A stretch of 64,000 nt of DNA from a virus. The stretch's first letter is position 1; every line of letters begins with the position of its first letter. Both the position numbers and the translations under genes were made by a program. Shown piece after piece: positions 1 through 9,067 of this stretch. The stretch spans positions 4,543 through 68,542 of the IMG/VR virus record IMGVR_UViG_3300027833_002114, one strand, 5' to 3'. The notes under the pieces are model-generated. The model did no database searches, was not told where the DNA came from, and saw only the letters and a program-made list of their open reading frames with translations.

Positions 1-2
1 AT

Positions 3-308
3 ATTTATGTTCTTCAAAATAAGGGTAATTTAGATGAGTTATTTATTACATATAATATAGATACATCATTTAGACCAGAAAGACCATTAGGTGATACCAT
101 ATTGGTTCATAGAAAGAAACAGTCTAATACTCTTTATACCATTAACGCTCTGAACGAATTGGTAAAAGAAGAAAATGGTGGTGTATTGGATAAAAAATTC
201 TCAATAGATTGGACAAAGTTCAAAAACTCAATTATCGTTACCAATGTAGAAGGAACAAAGAAAATTTCTACACGAATCTTCGAGGTAATAGAATTTAACA
301 AGAAATAA
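3..308 (+). CDS. Phage hypothetical protein, 5'-truncated by the window
   Basis: Frame is open from the window start (IYVLQNKGNLDELFITYN...VHRKKQSNTLYTINALN) to TAA at 306-308; the TTG at 102 is internal. Confidence 0.8.
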   Translation: MYVLQNKGNLDELFITYNIDTSFRPERPLGDTILVHRKKQSNTLYTINALNELVKEENGGVLDKKFSIDWTKFKNSIIVTNVEGTKKISTRIFEVIEFNKK

Positions 309-319
309 TTCACTTTTTA

Positions 320-360
320 TTAGGTTTTCTCATTTATTTTTCGTATATTTACATAGTAAA
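320..360 (+). promoter_or_regulatory. Early-type promoter, TATATTTAC variant
   Basis: TTAG...TTCGTATATTTACATAGTAAA; Bacteroidota -33/-7 geometry; repeated in the window. Confidence 0.75.
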
Positions 361-404
361 TGTGTGAGTGTTCACACAAAACTTAAAACTTAAAACGATA
401 AAAT

Positions 405-899
405 ATGAAAACAAAAAACCTATTTAAAGTAAATTTTAAAAGTGGAAAGACTTATTATGGTCTTTCAAGTGTTAAATCAACAGAGAGTTTTGTTAAAACT
501 CACACAAATCTGGCTAAGTTTCACTTAGAAAATCCACACATTCACACAATCACTAATTTCGAAACTCTTTTATTAAACGAAAACTTTGAATGTAGTTTTA
601 TCAAAGGAGGTAGTTTGGAAGAGATTGCCAAACTAAAAGATTCATTAGTTGAATCTGATAAGATGAGTATAAACTACAAGAAGAGTGTGATTGAGAAAAA
701 GAAGGCAGAGAAAAATCCTCTTACTCTAATCAAAAAAGAATTTATTAAGAATGTAAAAAATTCAAAAGGTGAGGTTCTTACTTTTATTGAGAAAACAACA
801 GGAATTAAAAAAGGATTAAGTGAGGGAATGAAGTTCTCTCAAACTCACCCACTAAATCAAAACTTTTGTTTGATTACCCAAAGTGTTAGTGTAATTTAA
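405..899 (+). CDS. Hypothetical protein with a GIY-YIG-like N-terminus and a C-terminal domain shared with 12528..12764
   Basis: LFKVNFKSGKTYYGLS resembles the GIY-YIG strands; C-terminal FSQTHPLN..F..IT motif. Confidence 0.5.
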   Translation: MKTKNLFKVNFKSGKTYYGLSSVKSTESFVKTHTNLAKFHLENPHIHTITNFETLLLNENFECSFIKGGSLEEIAKLKDSLVESDKMSINYKKSVIEKKKAEKNPLTLIKKEFIKNVKNSKGEVLTFIEKTTGIKKGLSEGMKFSQTHPLNQNFCLITQSVSVI

Positions 900-913
900 T
901 TAAAAATAATTCT

Positions 914-952
914 AAAATAAATGAGATTTCATTAGGATTTCTCATTTATTTT
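914..952. repeat. 13-bp perfect inverted repeat overlapping an early promoter (terminator-like stem-loop)
   Basis: AAAATAAATGAGA (914-926) / TCTCATTTATTTT (940-952). Confidence 0.7.
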
Positions 953-972
953 TTGTATATTTACATAGTAAA
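932..972 (+). promoter_or_regulatory. Early-type promoter, TATATTTAC variant
   Basis: One mismatch from the 36-bp cassette at 326-361. Confidence 0.75.
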
Positions 973-982
973 TAAGAAAGAT

Positions 983-1372
983 ATGACCGAAAAACAAGTC
1001 CAAAAAATAATCAACGAAGTTTATCCAAAGATAGAGAAACATTATGGTTACTCTAAATTTATACCAGAGTGTACTCCTTATGTAGAAACTCATTACAACA
1101 TCTATGCTAGATATAGTGGTGAATCAGAAGCAGAAGGTGAACAAGATGATTGTCATGCTGAGTTTGATAGAACTGATAATAGTATTGTTATCTACTATCC
1201 TAACATGAAGAGCAGAGAACATATTATTCAAACCCTAGTTCATGAGTACCAACATTACTTACAATCACCATCTTGGTTCAAACGATACTATGATATGGGA
1301 TATCACTATGGTAATCATCCATATGAAGTTCAAGCGTATGGTGAGGAAAAGAATTGGAAATTATTTAATTGA
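983..1372 (+). CDS. Zinc metallopeptidase-like (HEXXH) protein
   Basis: TLVHEYQHYLQ and downstream PYEVQA; ATG 983 preferred because TTG 953 lies inside the promoter. Confidence 0.7.
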   Translation: MTEKQVQKIINEVYPKIEKHYGYSKFIPECTPYVETHYNIYARYSGESEAEGEQDDCHAEFDRTDNSIVIYYPNMKSREHIIQTLVHEYQHYLQSPSWFKRYYDMGYHYGNHPYEVQAYGEEKNWKLFN

Positions 1373-1389
1373 AAATAAATCAAAAAAAG

Positions 1390-1430
1390 CTTGTATAATC
1401 CAAATAAATTTCGTATATTTACATAGTAAA
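1390..1430 (+). promoter_or_regulatory. Early-type promoter, TATATTTAC variant
   Basis: CTTGTATAATCCAAATAAATTTCGTATATTTACATAGTAAA. Confidence 0.75.
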
Positions 1431-1462
1431 TGAGTGATGATTAAACCCTTTAAACAATTAAA

Positions 1463-1762
1463 ATGATAAACGAAACACACATAGGATTAGTAAGAATGAA
1501 TGAAAGTGAAAATATATTGACTGGAGTTCAATATATGTTATCTAAGTGGGAGAGAAACTTAGGTGATTCACTTAATATAGATGGAGTAAAGTGGAGAGTT
1601 GGTATCATCGGTGATACTAAAAATGATGTAATTTCTGCTCTTAATACGATAATCAAAAAACAAAATTCTATAATCAATAAGAAAAAATATCAAGAATCAA
1701 AGAAAGAGAAAATGATATTTAATCAAATTCTTAATGATATAATGAAAGATATAAACCTTTAA
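1463..1762 (+). CDS. Hypothetical early protein
   Basis: ORF directly after a promoter, A-rich initiation region. Confidence 0.7.
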   Translation: MINETHIGLVRMNESENILTGVQYMLSKWERNLGDSLNIDGVKWRVGIIGDTKNDVISALNTIIKKQNSIINKKKYQESKKEKMIFNQILNDIMKDINL

Positions 1763-1772
1763 AATATAAAAT

Positions 1773-1997
1773 ATGATAAATTTAAGTGTAAGTGACCCGA
1801 TTGATGGGTTTGATAAGATTGGTGAGTTGAGGTCAGTAGTTGGTAAATACCACCAAGATGGCGATATTGTAGAATTGATAAGTGTATCCGAAGATGGGGA
1901 TAGATGTATTGTTCTTAAGAGAGATTACACCAACCGATGTGAACCTTATAAGGTATCAGAGCCTAGTTGGTTAACTTGGAACAGAATGTTCTTTTAA
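1773..1997 (+). CDS. Hypothetical protein
   Basis: Tightly packed ORF in the operon. Confidence 0.65.
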   Translation: MINLSVSDPIDGFDKIGELRSVVGKYHQDGDIVELISVSEDGDRCIVLKRDYTNRCEPYKVSEPSWLTWNRMFF

Positions 1998-2008
1998 AAT
2001 ATAAAACA

Positions 2009-2302
2009 ATGGCAAAAATTATAATTGATACTCAGTATTACGAAAATTATGGATTTCATGCGGGAACAACTCATTGGAAACCAAAAGGTGGACATAAGTT
2101 CACAATGGAAGTATCATCGGATGTGGCAACATGGACTGATGATATGGAGGGTAAACTATCTAAGATAGTAGAAAAACAATCCAATAACTTGGAGAAGTTT
2201 GAATATATTGACCACGAGGTTATATTCCATAACCCAACCGAGTTATCATATGACTTGTTAATGAAGGAAATTGATATTAAAGATAGAGAATACGAGGTAT
2301 GA
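2009..2302 (+). CDS. Hypothetical protein
   Basis: ATG 2009 after an A-rich leader (MAKIIIDTQYYENYG); ATGA overlap with the next gene. Confidence 0.7.
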   Translation: MAKIIIDTQYYENYGFHAGTTHWKPKGGHKFTMEVSSDVATWTDDMEGKLSKIVEKQSNNLEKFEYIDHEVIFHNPTELSYDLLMKEIDIKDREYEV

Positions 2303-2532
2303 GAATAGGATATAAAAAATTTAAAGAAATAAGAGAATGGTATGGTTCATCTGATTTTGAAATCGGATATGATAGAGAAAGCTTAACACTTAGATTTGGG
2401 TATTGGCAAAAAGTAGATTTCGAAGGATTACAAGAAATACTACCAGACTATTTTGAAGTTACAGAAAATCTAGTAGATGAAGATGATGATTGTGGAGCAC
2501 TTTTCAATTACACAATTAAACAAGCATATTAA
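2299..2532 (+). CDS. Hypothetical protein
   Basis: ATGA-coupled ORF. Confidence 0.65.
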   Translation: MRIGYKKFKEIREWYGSSDFEIGYDRESLTLRFGYWQKVDFEGLQEILPDYFEVTENLVDEDDDCGALFNYTIKQAY

Positions 2533-2549
2533 AATAAAATTAAAAAAGA

Positions 2550-2590
2550 TTTGGATATATGAAAATAATTTCGTATATTTGTATAACAAA
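2550..2590 (+). promoter_or_regulatory. Bacteroidota sigmaA-type promoter
   Basis: TTTG (2550-2553), 20-nt spacer, TATATTTG (2574-2581), matching -33 TTTG / -7 TAnnTTTG. Confidence 0.85.
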
Positions 2591-2600
2591 TTAGAAAAGT

Positions 2601-2963
2601 ATGATAGAACAAACTACACAACCTACTGAAAATGCAGTAGAATTCTGTGAAAGAACTTACCCACAAACTTGTGATGAGTTCAAAAAAATCTTAGATGAAA
2701 TGTATGTAACATTTTGTAAGAAACAAAGAAACTATGGACCTGGTAATATTTCAGTTGGTTCTCAATTGGAAACTGATGATGATAAGAAAGTTGCTTTAAC
2801 AGGTTTATGGTTCAGAAAAAATGATAAAATTCAAAGATTACTTCAATTAGTTGTTAAAGGACAACCTGATGAAGTAGGAGAAAATATTCAAGATACTTAC
2901 GAAGATTTATCTGTTTATGGTATAATCTCACAACTTGTACAAAGAGATAAATGGGCTAAGTAA
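2601..2963 (+). CDS. DUF1599 / nucleotide-modification-associated domain 1 (Nmad1)-like protein
   Basis: KKQRNYG...RKNDKIQRL...DTYEDLSVYGII pattern. Confidence 0.65.
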   Translation: MIEQTTQPTENAVEFCERTYPQTCDEFKKILDEMYVTFCKKQRNYGPGNISVGSQLETDDDKKVALTGLWFRKNDKIQRLLQLVVKGQPDEVGENIQDTYEDLSVYGIISQLVQRDKWAK

Positions 2964-3010
2964 ATTGTTAATAAGTAACCAAAAAAATTCGGTGTTTTTT
3001 GAGGTTTCTT

Positions 3011-3020
3011 TATATTTATA
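3011..3020 (+). promoter_or_regulatory. Candidate late/phage-type promoter (ATATTTAT class)
   Basis: TATATTTATA in an intergenic region lacking the TTCG and -33 elements; recurs at seven other intergenic sites. Confidence 0.5.
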
Positions 3021-3028
3021 TATACACC

Positions 3029-3099
3029 GAGTGTTACTAGTTTAGCACTCAAAACTTTAAACTTAAACAATTAATAATTAACACTAAAAGGTAAAAATC
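3029..3099 (+). promoter_or_regulatory. Structured ssb leader (hairpin or possible pseudoknot, then an unstructured A/U tract)
   Basis: GAGTGTTA (3029-3036) / TAGCACTC (3043-3050); loop-side AGTTT can pair with AAACT (3059-3063). Confidence 0.5.
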
Positions 3100-3900
3100 A
3101 TGGCTTTAGACATTAACGCAATCAGAGGTAGACTGAACAAACTACAAAACACACAACGTAAATCAGATTCATTATGGAAACCAACACCTGGTAAACACCA
3201 AGTGAGAATAGTTCCTTATCAATTCGAAAAGGATAATCCATTTATTGAACTGTACTTTCACTACAACATTAACAACAAAACTTATTTATCACCACAATCA
3301 TTTGGTAGACCAGACCCTATTGTAGAGTTTGCGGATAAACTAAAAAGAATGGGAGATAAAGAAGATTGGAAAGCAGCGAAAGCTATGGAGCCAAAACTTC
3401 GTACTTTTGTACCTGTTGTTGTGAGAGGTGAAGAAGGTGAAGGAGTTCGTTTTTGGGGATTCGGTAAAACAGTATATCAAGAAATTCTTGGATACATTGC
3501 TGACCCAGATTACGGAGATATCACAGACCCAACTAGTGGTAGAGATTTAACAATCGAGTACAAATCAGCAGAAGAAGCTGGAACTACTTATCCAACTACT
3601 ACTATTAGAGTTAAACCAAATGCATCTGCAGTAACTGAAGATGAAGCGAAAGTAACTCAATTCTTGGAATCACAAACTGAAATTACAGATTTATATTCTG
3701 AATTATCTTATGATGAATTAAAATCAGTATTAGAAGGATGGTTAAATCCAAGTGGTGAGGGTGAGAAGGAAACTGTATCTCAAAGTACTTTATCTCAAAG
3801 TACTCCATCTCAACCAACACAAACTGCACCAACTACAACTGAATCAGCAAAGAAAACTGATGATGTAGCTGCGGCATTTGATGACTTATTTAACAACTAA
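3100..3900 (+). CDS. Single-stranded DNA-binding protein, T4 gp32-like
   Basis: WKP..G...VRIVP, FWGFGKTVYQEI, DP..GRDL, acidic FDDLF tail; adjacent to recA. Confidence 0.8.
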   Translation: MALDINAIRGRLNKLQNTQRKSDSLWKPTPGKHQVRIVPYQFEKDNPFIELYFHYNINNKTYLSPQSFGRPDPIVEFADKLKRMGDKEDWKAAKAMEPKLRTFVPVVVRGEEGEGVRFWGFGKTVYQEILGYIADPDYGDITDPTSGRDLTIEYKSAEEAGTTYPTTTIRVKPNASAVTEDEAKVTQFLESQTEITDLYSELSYDELKSVLEGWLNPSGEGEKETVSQSTLSQSTPSQPTQTAPTTTESAKKTDDVAAAFDDLFNN

Positions 3901-3911
3901 AAACCAATTTA

Positions 3912-5042
3912 ATGGCGAAAAAGAAAGCAGTAAAAGAGCTTGACCTGGCTGATATTCTAGCAGGTGAGTTGAACAAACAATCGAAAGATTCCAAAGTAGC
4001 ATTTTTTCTTAATGATGATGAAGCTCCTACAAATGTAGATGGGTGGATATCAACCGGATGTGCAATGTTGGATGTAGCTGTTTCCAATCGTCCTTATGGT
4101 GGTTTGCCTGTTGGTAGAATAACTGAAATCACAGGATTAGAACAATCAGGAAAATCATTAGTATCAGCACACCTCCTTGCGGAAACACAGAAACAAGGTG
4201 GTGTTGCTGTTCTTATTGATACAGAAACTGCAGTAAGTAGAGAATTTTTAGAAGCAATCGGTGTTGACGTTTCTAAACTTCTTTATGTAACCGCAGATTC
4301 GGTTGAACAAATCTTTGATTTCACAGAAACTATCATTGAGAAAGTTAGAGAAACTTCGAAAGATAAAATAGTAACAATAGTAGTAGATTCAGTTGCGGCT
4401 GCTTCTACAACTAATGAATTAGCATCCGATTATAAGAAAGATGGATATGCTACTGATAAAGCTATTATTATCTCGAAGGCGATGAGAAAGATTACCAATA
4501 TGATTGGTAGACAGAAAATCTCATTAGTATTCACTAACCAATTAAGACAGAAGATGAATGCTATGTTCGGAGACCCTTGGACTACAAGTGGTGGTAAAGC
4601 TCTTGCTTTTCACGCATCTGTAAGATTAAGGTTGAAGAATATGGGACAAATCAAGATGAAGGTAAATGGTAAGGATAAGACAGTGGGAATGAAAGTTCGT
4701 TGTCAAGTAGTAAAAAACAGAATGGGACCTCCTTTGAGAGCAGCCGATTTTGAAATCTACTTTGACAGAGGGATTGATAACTATGGTTCATGGTTATCTG
4801 TTATGAAAGAAAACAAACTAGTAAAACAAGCAGGTGCATGGTATGCATACGTTGATACTGAAACTGGTGAAGAATTCAAATTTCAATCAAAAGATTTTAT
4901 TCCTTTGATGGGTACGAATACTGAACTCAGAGAACAAATTTATAAAAAGATATGTGAAGAAACAATCTTACAATATAAATCTGATACTTTAGATATTGAT
5001 GCTATGGAAATAGATACGAAAGGACCTGGAATTAACGAGTAA
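3912..5042 (+). CDS. recA: RecA/UvsX-like recombinase
   Basis: Walker A GLEQSGKS, IVVDSVAA, FTNQLR, TTSGGKALAFHASVRL, KNR. Confidence 0.95.
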   Translation: MAKKKAVKELDLADILAGELNKQSKDSKVAFFLNDDEAPTNVDGWISTGCAMLDVAVSNRPYGGLPVGRITEITGLEQSGKSLVSAHLLAETQKQGGVAVLIDTETAVSREFLEAIGVDVSKLLYVTADSVEQIFDFTETIIEKVRETSKDKIVTIVVDSVAAASTTNELASDYKKDGYATDKAIIISKAMRKITNMIGRQKISLVFTNQLRQKMNAMFGDPWTTSGGKALAFHASVRLRLKNMGQIKMKVNGKDKTVGMKVRCQVVKNRMGPPLRAADFEIYFDRGIDNYGSWLSVMKENKLVKQAGAWYAYVDTETGEEFKFQSKDFIPLMGTNTELREQIYKKICEETILQYKSDTLDIDAMEIDTKGPGINE

Positions 5043-5056
5043 AAACAAAAATCAAT

Positions 5057-5278
5057 ATGAGTAAATTAGTTACAATGTTGAGATTAAGTGCTGAAGCTGA
5101 TAAAGCTAAAGCACTTTTATCTCTTGACTTATTGGAAAATAAGGCAGTTGGAATTGGTGACCATTCTACTGAAGATTTCTACAAAAATGCAGAGGAAGCT
5201 CTGATTAAGTTAGTAGATGCTGATGATAGAATAGAAGCATTAGAAAAATACTTTCCTCCAACAAAAGAAGTTATATAA
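5057..5278 (+). CDS. Hypothetical protein
   Basis: TAATG-coupled ORF, AVGIGDHS motif. Confidence 0.7.
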   Translation: MSKLVTMLRLSAEADKAKALLSLDLLENKAVGIGDHSTEDFYKNAEEALIKLVDADDRIEALEKYFPPTKEVI

Positions 5279-6333
5279 TGAAAGAACTCTACAAAAACAT
5301 TTTAGATTCGGTTGAAACCGATAGAGAAACGAATATCAATAGACACAAGAATTCTCGTGTTTTAATTATTGATGGGTTAAATACATTTATCAGATGTTGG
5401 TCATCCATTCCTACAATGAATGAAGATGGTGACCATGTTGGTGGTGCAACTGGTGTTCTCAAATCGATTGGATATGCAATTAGACAAACTCAACCAACTC
5501 GTGTTGTTGTAGTGTTCGATGGGAAAGGTGGTTCTACACAAAGAAAGAAGAAATTTAGTGGATATAAAGCTCAAAGAGATTCTAACAAACTCAGAGTAAA
5601 TCGTGCATATAAAGGTATGATGAATGATGAGGATGAAAGAGAATCTATGAAAAGACAATACGTTTGGTTAAACGAAATGTTAGATGGGTTACCTCTTACA
5701 ACTATGATATACGATGGTGTTGAAGCCGATGATATCATGGCTTATATATCCACTAAAATTCTCAAGGAAGATGAACAAGCGGTAGTAATGTCAACAGATA
5801 AGGATTTCCTTCAACTGATTGATGATACAACTATCGTTTGGTCACCTACCAAAAAGAAAATGTATAATACCAAAATGGTAAAAGAAGAATATGGTATCGA
5901 ATCCAAGAATCTTTTATTGTATAGAGTATTGGATGGTGATAAATCCGATAACATACCTGGTGTTTATGGGTGTGGGATTAAGACCGTAGTAAAAAGATTT
6001 CCTGAAATAACAGAAGATAAGAAATTATCAGTAGATGATTTATTAGAACTTGCTGAGAAAAAATCAGAGGAAACAAAAGGAAAAATAAAAATATACAATG
6101 ATATTTTAAAATCCAAAAGACAAATCTTACTTAATGAAGATTTGATGCAACTACATGATGTTGATATTAGTGGTACTATAAAGATGAAAACTTTAGATAG
6201 GTTTAACGAGCCAATCACTCCACTAAATAAAATGGATTTTATGAAAATTCTACTAAAATACAAAGTAATCGGAAACTTTGGAGATATCAATGATTGGTTA
6301 AAAACCACTTTTGGTAATTTAATAACAGAATAA
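5278..6333 (+). CDS. 5'-3' exonuclease / T4 RNase H-like flap endonuclease
   Basis: LIIDGLN, VVFDG, YKAQR, EADDI, STDKDFLQL, GDKSDNIPGV.G.G.KT (H3TH). Confidence 0.93.
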   Translation: MKELYKNILDSVETDRETNINRHKNSRVLIIDGLNTFIRCWSSIPTMNEDGDHVGGATGVLKSIGYAIRQTQPTRVVVVFDGKGGSTQRKKKFSGYKAQRDSNKLRVNRAYKGMMNDEDERESMKRQYVWLNEMLDGLPLTTMIYDGVEADDIMAYISTKILKEDEQAVVMSTDKDFLQLIDDTTIVWSPTKKKMYNTKMVKEEYGIESKNLLLYRVLDGDKSDNIPGVYGCGIKTVVKRFPEITEDKKLSVDDLLELAEKKSEETKGKIKIYNDILKSKRQILLNEDLMQLHDVDISGTIKMKTLDRFNEPITPLNKMDFMKILLKYKVIGNFGDINDWLKTTFGNLITE

Positions 6334-6370
6334 TTAGGATATTAAAAATAAATTTCGTATATTTGTATAA
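6334..6370 (+). promoter_or_regulatory. Bacteroidota sigmaA-type promoter
   Basis: TTAGGAT...TTTCGTATATTTGTATAA. Confidence 0.8.
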
Positions 6371-6386
6371 GTTTTAAAAAGAGTCA

Positions 6387-7748
6387 ATGGCAGAACAAAT
6401 AGATACATTATCAAAATTCGGACAATCATTTCAATCGAAGGTATTATCCGCATTATTGACCGATGGTAAATTTCTTGATACAATTAGTGAAATAACAACT
6501 GCAAAGTTCTTTGAGAACGATGCAAATAAATGGATTGTATCTGAAATACTAAATTATCATTCGGAGTATAAAAAACCACCAACATTAGATGTATTCAAAG
6601 CTCAACTATCAAAGGTTGATAATGAAATATTAAAGAAAACAACAGTAGAACAACTAAGACACGTTTTTACAAATGTTGGTAATGTAGATTTAGATTATAT
6701 AAAAGATGAATTCAAAAGCTTTTGTATTAATCAAAATTTAAAAGGAGTAATCTTACAATCAGTTGATTTGTTACAAGCTGGTTCGTATGATAGAATAAAA
6801 GAATTAGTAGATTCGGCTATGAAAGTTGGTAATGAAACCAATTTAGGATTAAATTATATCGAAGATTTTGATTTAAGAGCCGAGGAAATAAATAGAACAA
6901 CAGTTCCAACTAAATGGGAGCCAATTAATGCACTGATGGATGGTGGATTAGGACCTGGTGAACTTGGAGTAGTTGTAGCACCTTCGGGTGTAGGAAAAAC
7001 ATGGATTCTCACCGCAATAGGTGCAGAAGCTGTTCGGAGAGGTTTGAGTGTAGTACATTACACAATGGAATTATCAGAGCACTACGTTGGTGCTAGATAT
7101 GATACTGTGTTTACTGGCATTCCTTCCACCGATTTGAAGGAAAAGAAAGATGAGGTCAAAGCAAAAATCACGAATCTTAATGGGAAATTATTGATAAAAT
7201 ATTTTCCTCCAAAGGGTGTTTCAGTAAAAAGGTTACAGCAACATATTGAGAAAATGGTTACGTTAGATAACAAACCCGATGTTATCATTGTGGATTATGC
7301 TGACCTCTTACTCTCCCACTCTAATAAGTCAGACTCTACTTATGCAGAGCAAGGAGGGGTATATATTGACCTTCGTGGAATGAGTGGCGAATTGGAAATA
7401 CCAATTTGGACTGCATCTCAAACTAACCGTTCAGCAATTGATTCCGAAGTTATTGAAGCAGATAAGATTGCAGATTCTTATGCTAAAGTAATGAATGCCG
7501 ATTTTATTATGAGTGTTAGTAGAAAATCAAAAGATAAATTGAATGATACTGCAAGAGCTCATATTATGAAAAACAGATTCGGACCAGATGGAATTACTTT
7601 CCCTATGAAAATGAATACAAACACAGGTTACATGGAAGTTTATGATGGAACATCACCTGATGGGGTAATTGCAACAAAACAATCTGCAAGTGGACAATTA
7701 GAAACTAAAAAACTCCTACATAAAAAGTATGTAGAAAATATGGGATAG
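6387..7748 (+). CDS. Replicative helicase (DnaB / T4 gp41-like)
   Basis: APSGVGKT, YTMELS, IIVDYADL, WTASQTNR, KNRFG. Confidence 0.93.
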   Translation: MAEQIDTLSKFGQSFQSKVLSALLTDGKFLDTISEITTAKFFENDANKWIVSEILNYHSEYKKPPTLDVFKAQLSKVDNEILKKTTVEQLRHVFTNVGNVDLDYIKDEFKSFCINQNLKGVILQSVDLLQAGSYDRIKELVDSAMKVGNETNLGLNYIEDFDLRAEEINRTTVPTKWEPINALMDGGLGPGELGVVVAPSGVGKTWILTAIGAEAVRRGLSVVHYTMELSEHYVGARYDTVFTGIPSTDLKEKKDEVKAKITNLNGKLLIKYFPPKGVSVKRLQQHIEKMVTLDNKPDVIIVDYADLLLSHSNKSDSTYAEQGGVYIDLRGMSGELEIPIWTASQTNRSAIDSEVIEADKIADSYAKVMNADFIMSVSRKSKDKLNDTARAHIMKNRFGPDGITFPMKMNTNTGYMEVYDGTSPDGVIATKQSASGQLETKKLLHKKYVENMG

Positions 7749-7749
7749 T

Positions 7750-8718
7750 ATGGGAGTATTAAAATGGAAAGACCCTTGGCAAAGAGATTATACAGAACTT
7801 AATGTTTTATATGATACTGGATTCTGTAATAGAATATTTCATTGGGAAATTGCAAGTCATTTAAATCGTGAGTTCTATAATAATGAGTTTACCATAGCAG
7901 TTGAAGAATCTCAATGGCCAGAATTAGATGAACTAATTAATTTACCAAATACCATAGTAATACCAAAAGAAGAAGAAATCAGATATTTTAATAACTTAAA
8001 TGATATACAAATTAAAGATTGGGAAACTTTAGGTAAGGCGTTTACAAATGATATACCATTAGATTCAGAAAAAAATTATGTATCTAAATTTAGTTTTACT
8101 GATTTGGGATATTTCTTTGAACATAGAGGAGAACTAGTTGATTTAGAAATAAGACCATTGCAGTATATTAAACTAAAAGATGAGAATATTCAGACAATAA
8201 TTGAAGATTCGGTATCTGATTTAGTTGGTGTTCATATGAGAAGAGGCAGAGGAGTTAAGATTCCAGAAACTTTGTACACTAATAGTGAGTATTCTGATTA
8301 TATTAAATTTAGAGAAGAACAAGGGGCAATTGAAAATTCAATATTTACATATCATAGAGATGAAGAATACTTTGAATTATTTGATTCTATTTTAGAAATT
8401 AATCCAAATCAAAAATTTTATCTATCATATGATGTACCAGAAAAGTATATGAAAAATGTTTTAGATAAGTACCGAGATGTTTTGGTTACGAAAGAGGATT
8501 TGAGAAAAAAATTAGATTTAACTGGCTTTAAAAAAAGTAAAAAAATGCATATTGATAATATGATTGATTTATTTGGGTTATCGAATACTATGTATCTAAT
8601 TGCATATCCTGTTTCCACTTGGAGTGTATTTTCACATGAATATAAAAATAAAAAAAGAAATTTTATACATGATGAGTTAGGGTGGATATTATCGAGATAC
8701 GAGAGACTCTTAAAATAA
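7750..8718 (+). CDS. Fucosyltransferase-like GT-B glycosyltransferase (GT11/GT23-NodZ-like)
   Basis: GFCNR, VGVHMRRG, DLFGLS and STWS correspond to fucosyltransferase motifs. Confidence 0.6.
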   Translation: MGVLKWKDPWQRDYTELNVLYDTGFCNRIFHWEIASHLNREFYNNEFTIAVEESQWPELDELINLPNTIVIPKEEEIRYFNNLNDIQIKDWETLGKAFTNDIPLDSEKNYVSKFSFTDLGYFFEHRGELVDLEIRPLQYIKLKDENIQTIIEDSVSDLVGVHMRRGRGVKIPETLYTNSEYSDYIKFREEQGAIENSIFTYHRDEEYFELFDSILEINPNQKFYLSYDVPEKYMKNVLDKYRDVLVTKEDLRKKLDLTGFKKSKKMHIDNMIDLFGLSNTMYLIAYPVSTWSVFSHEYKNKKRNFIHDELGWILSRYERLLK

Positions 8719-8825
8719 ATAATGTATCAAAAAAATTATAACAGACAAATATAAAAAAATAGTTATGTGTAATAATGGAAAATTTAAAAAATAATATTAA
8801 AATCATTTCGTTTTTCAATATATAC

Positions 8826-8856
8826 TATAATTATAAACACGACCAAATGATTGGTC
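8826..8856 (+). promoter_or_regulatory. Candidate late-type promoter with a 5' hairpin
   Basis: TATAATTATA (8826-8835), then GACCAA-atga-TTGGTC (8841-8856). Confidence 0.45.
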
Positions 8857-8886
8857 ACTTCAAAACAATTAATAATTAAATATTTT

Positions 8887-9057
8887 ATGGCAAATTCACA
8901 AGAATTATTTGAACAGATTAAAGATTTATTCGTTCAATTCGAAACAGAACACAATGGTGGTTCTAAAGCAGCTAAATCAAGAGCAAGAAAAGCAATTGGT
9001 GAAGTTAAAAAATTAGTAACAGATTATAGAAAAGCTTCAGTAGAAGAATCAAAATAA
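8887..9057 (+). CDS. Histone H1-like Hc1-family protein
   Basis: 56 aa; GSKAAKSRARKAIGEVKKLVTDYRKASV matches the Hc1 core; ATG 8887. Confidence 0.75.
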   Translation: MANSQELFEQIKDLFVQFETEHNGGSKAAKSRARKAIGEVKKLVTDYRKASVEESK

Positions 9058-9067
9058 TTAAATTACT

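Noticed and set aside
320-1430. Three ~36-bp repeats as a CRISPR array
   Set aside because: They are separated by whole genes and match promoter consensus
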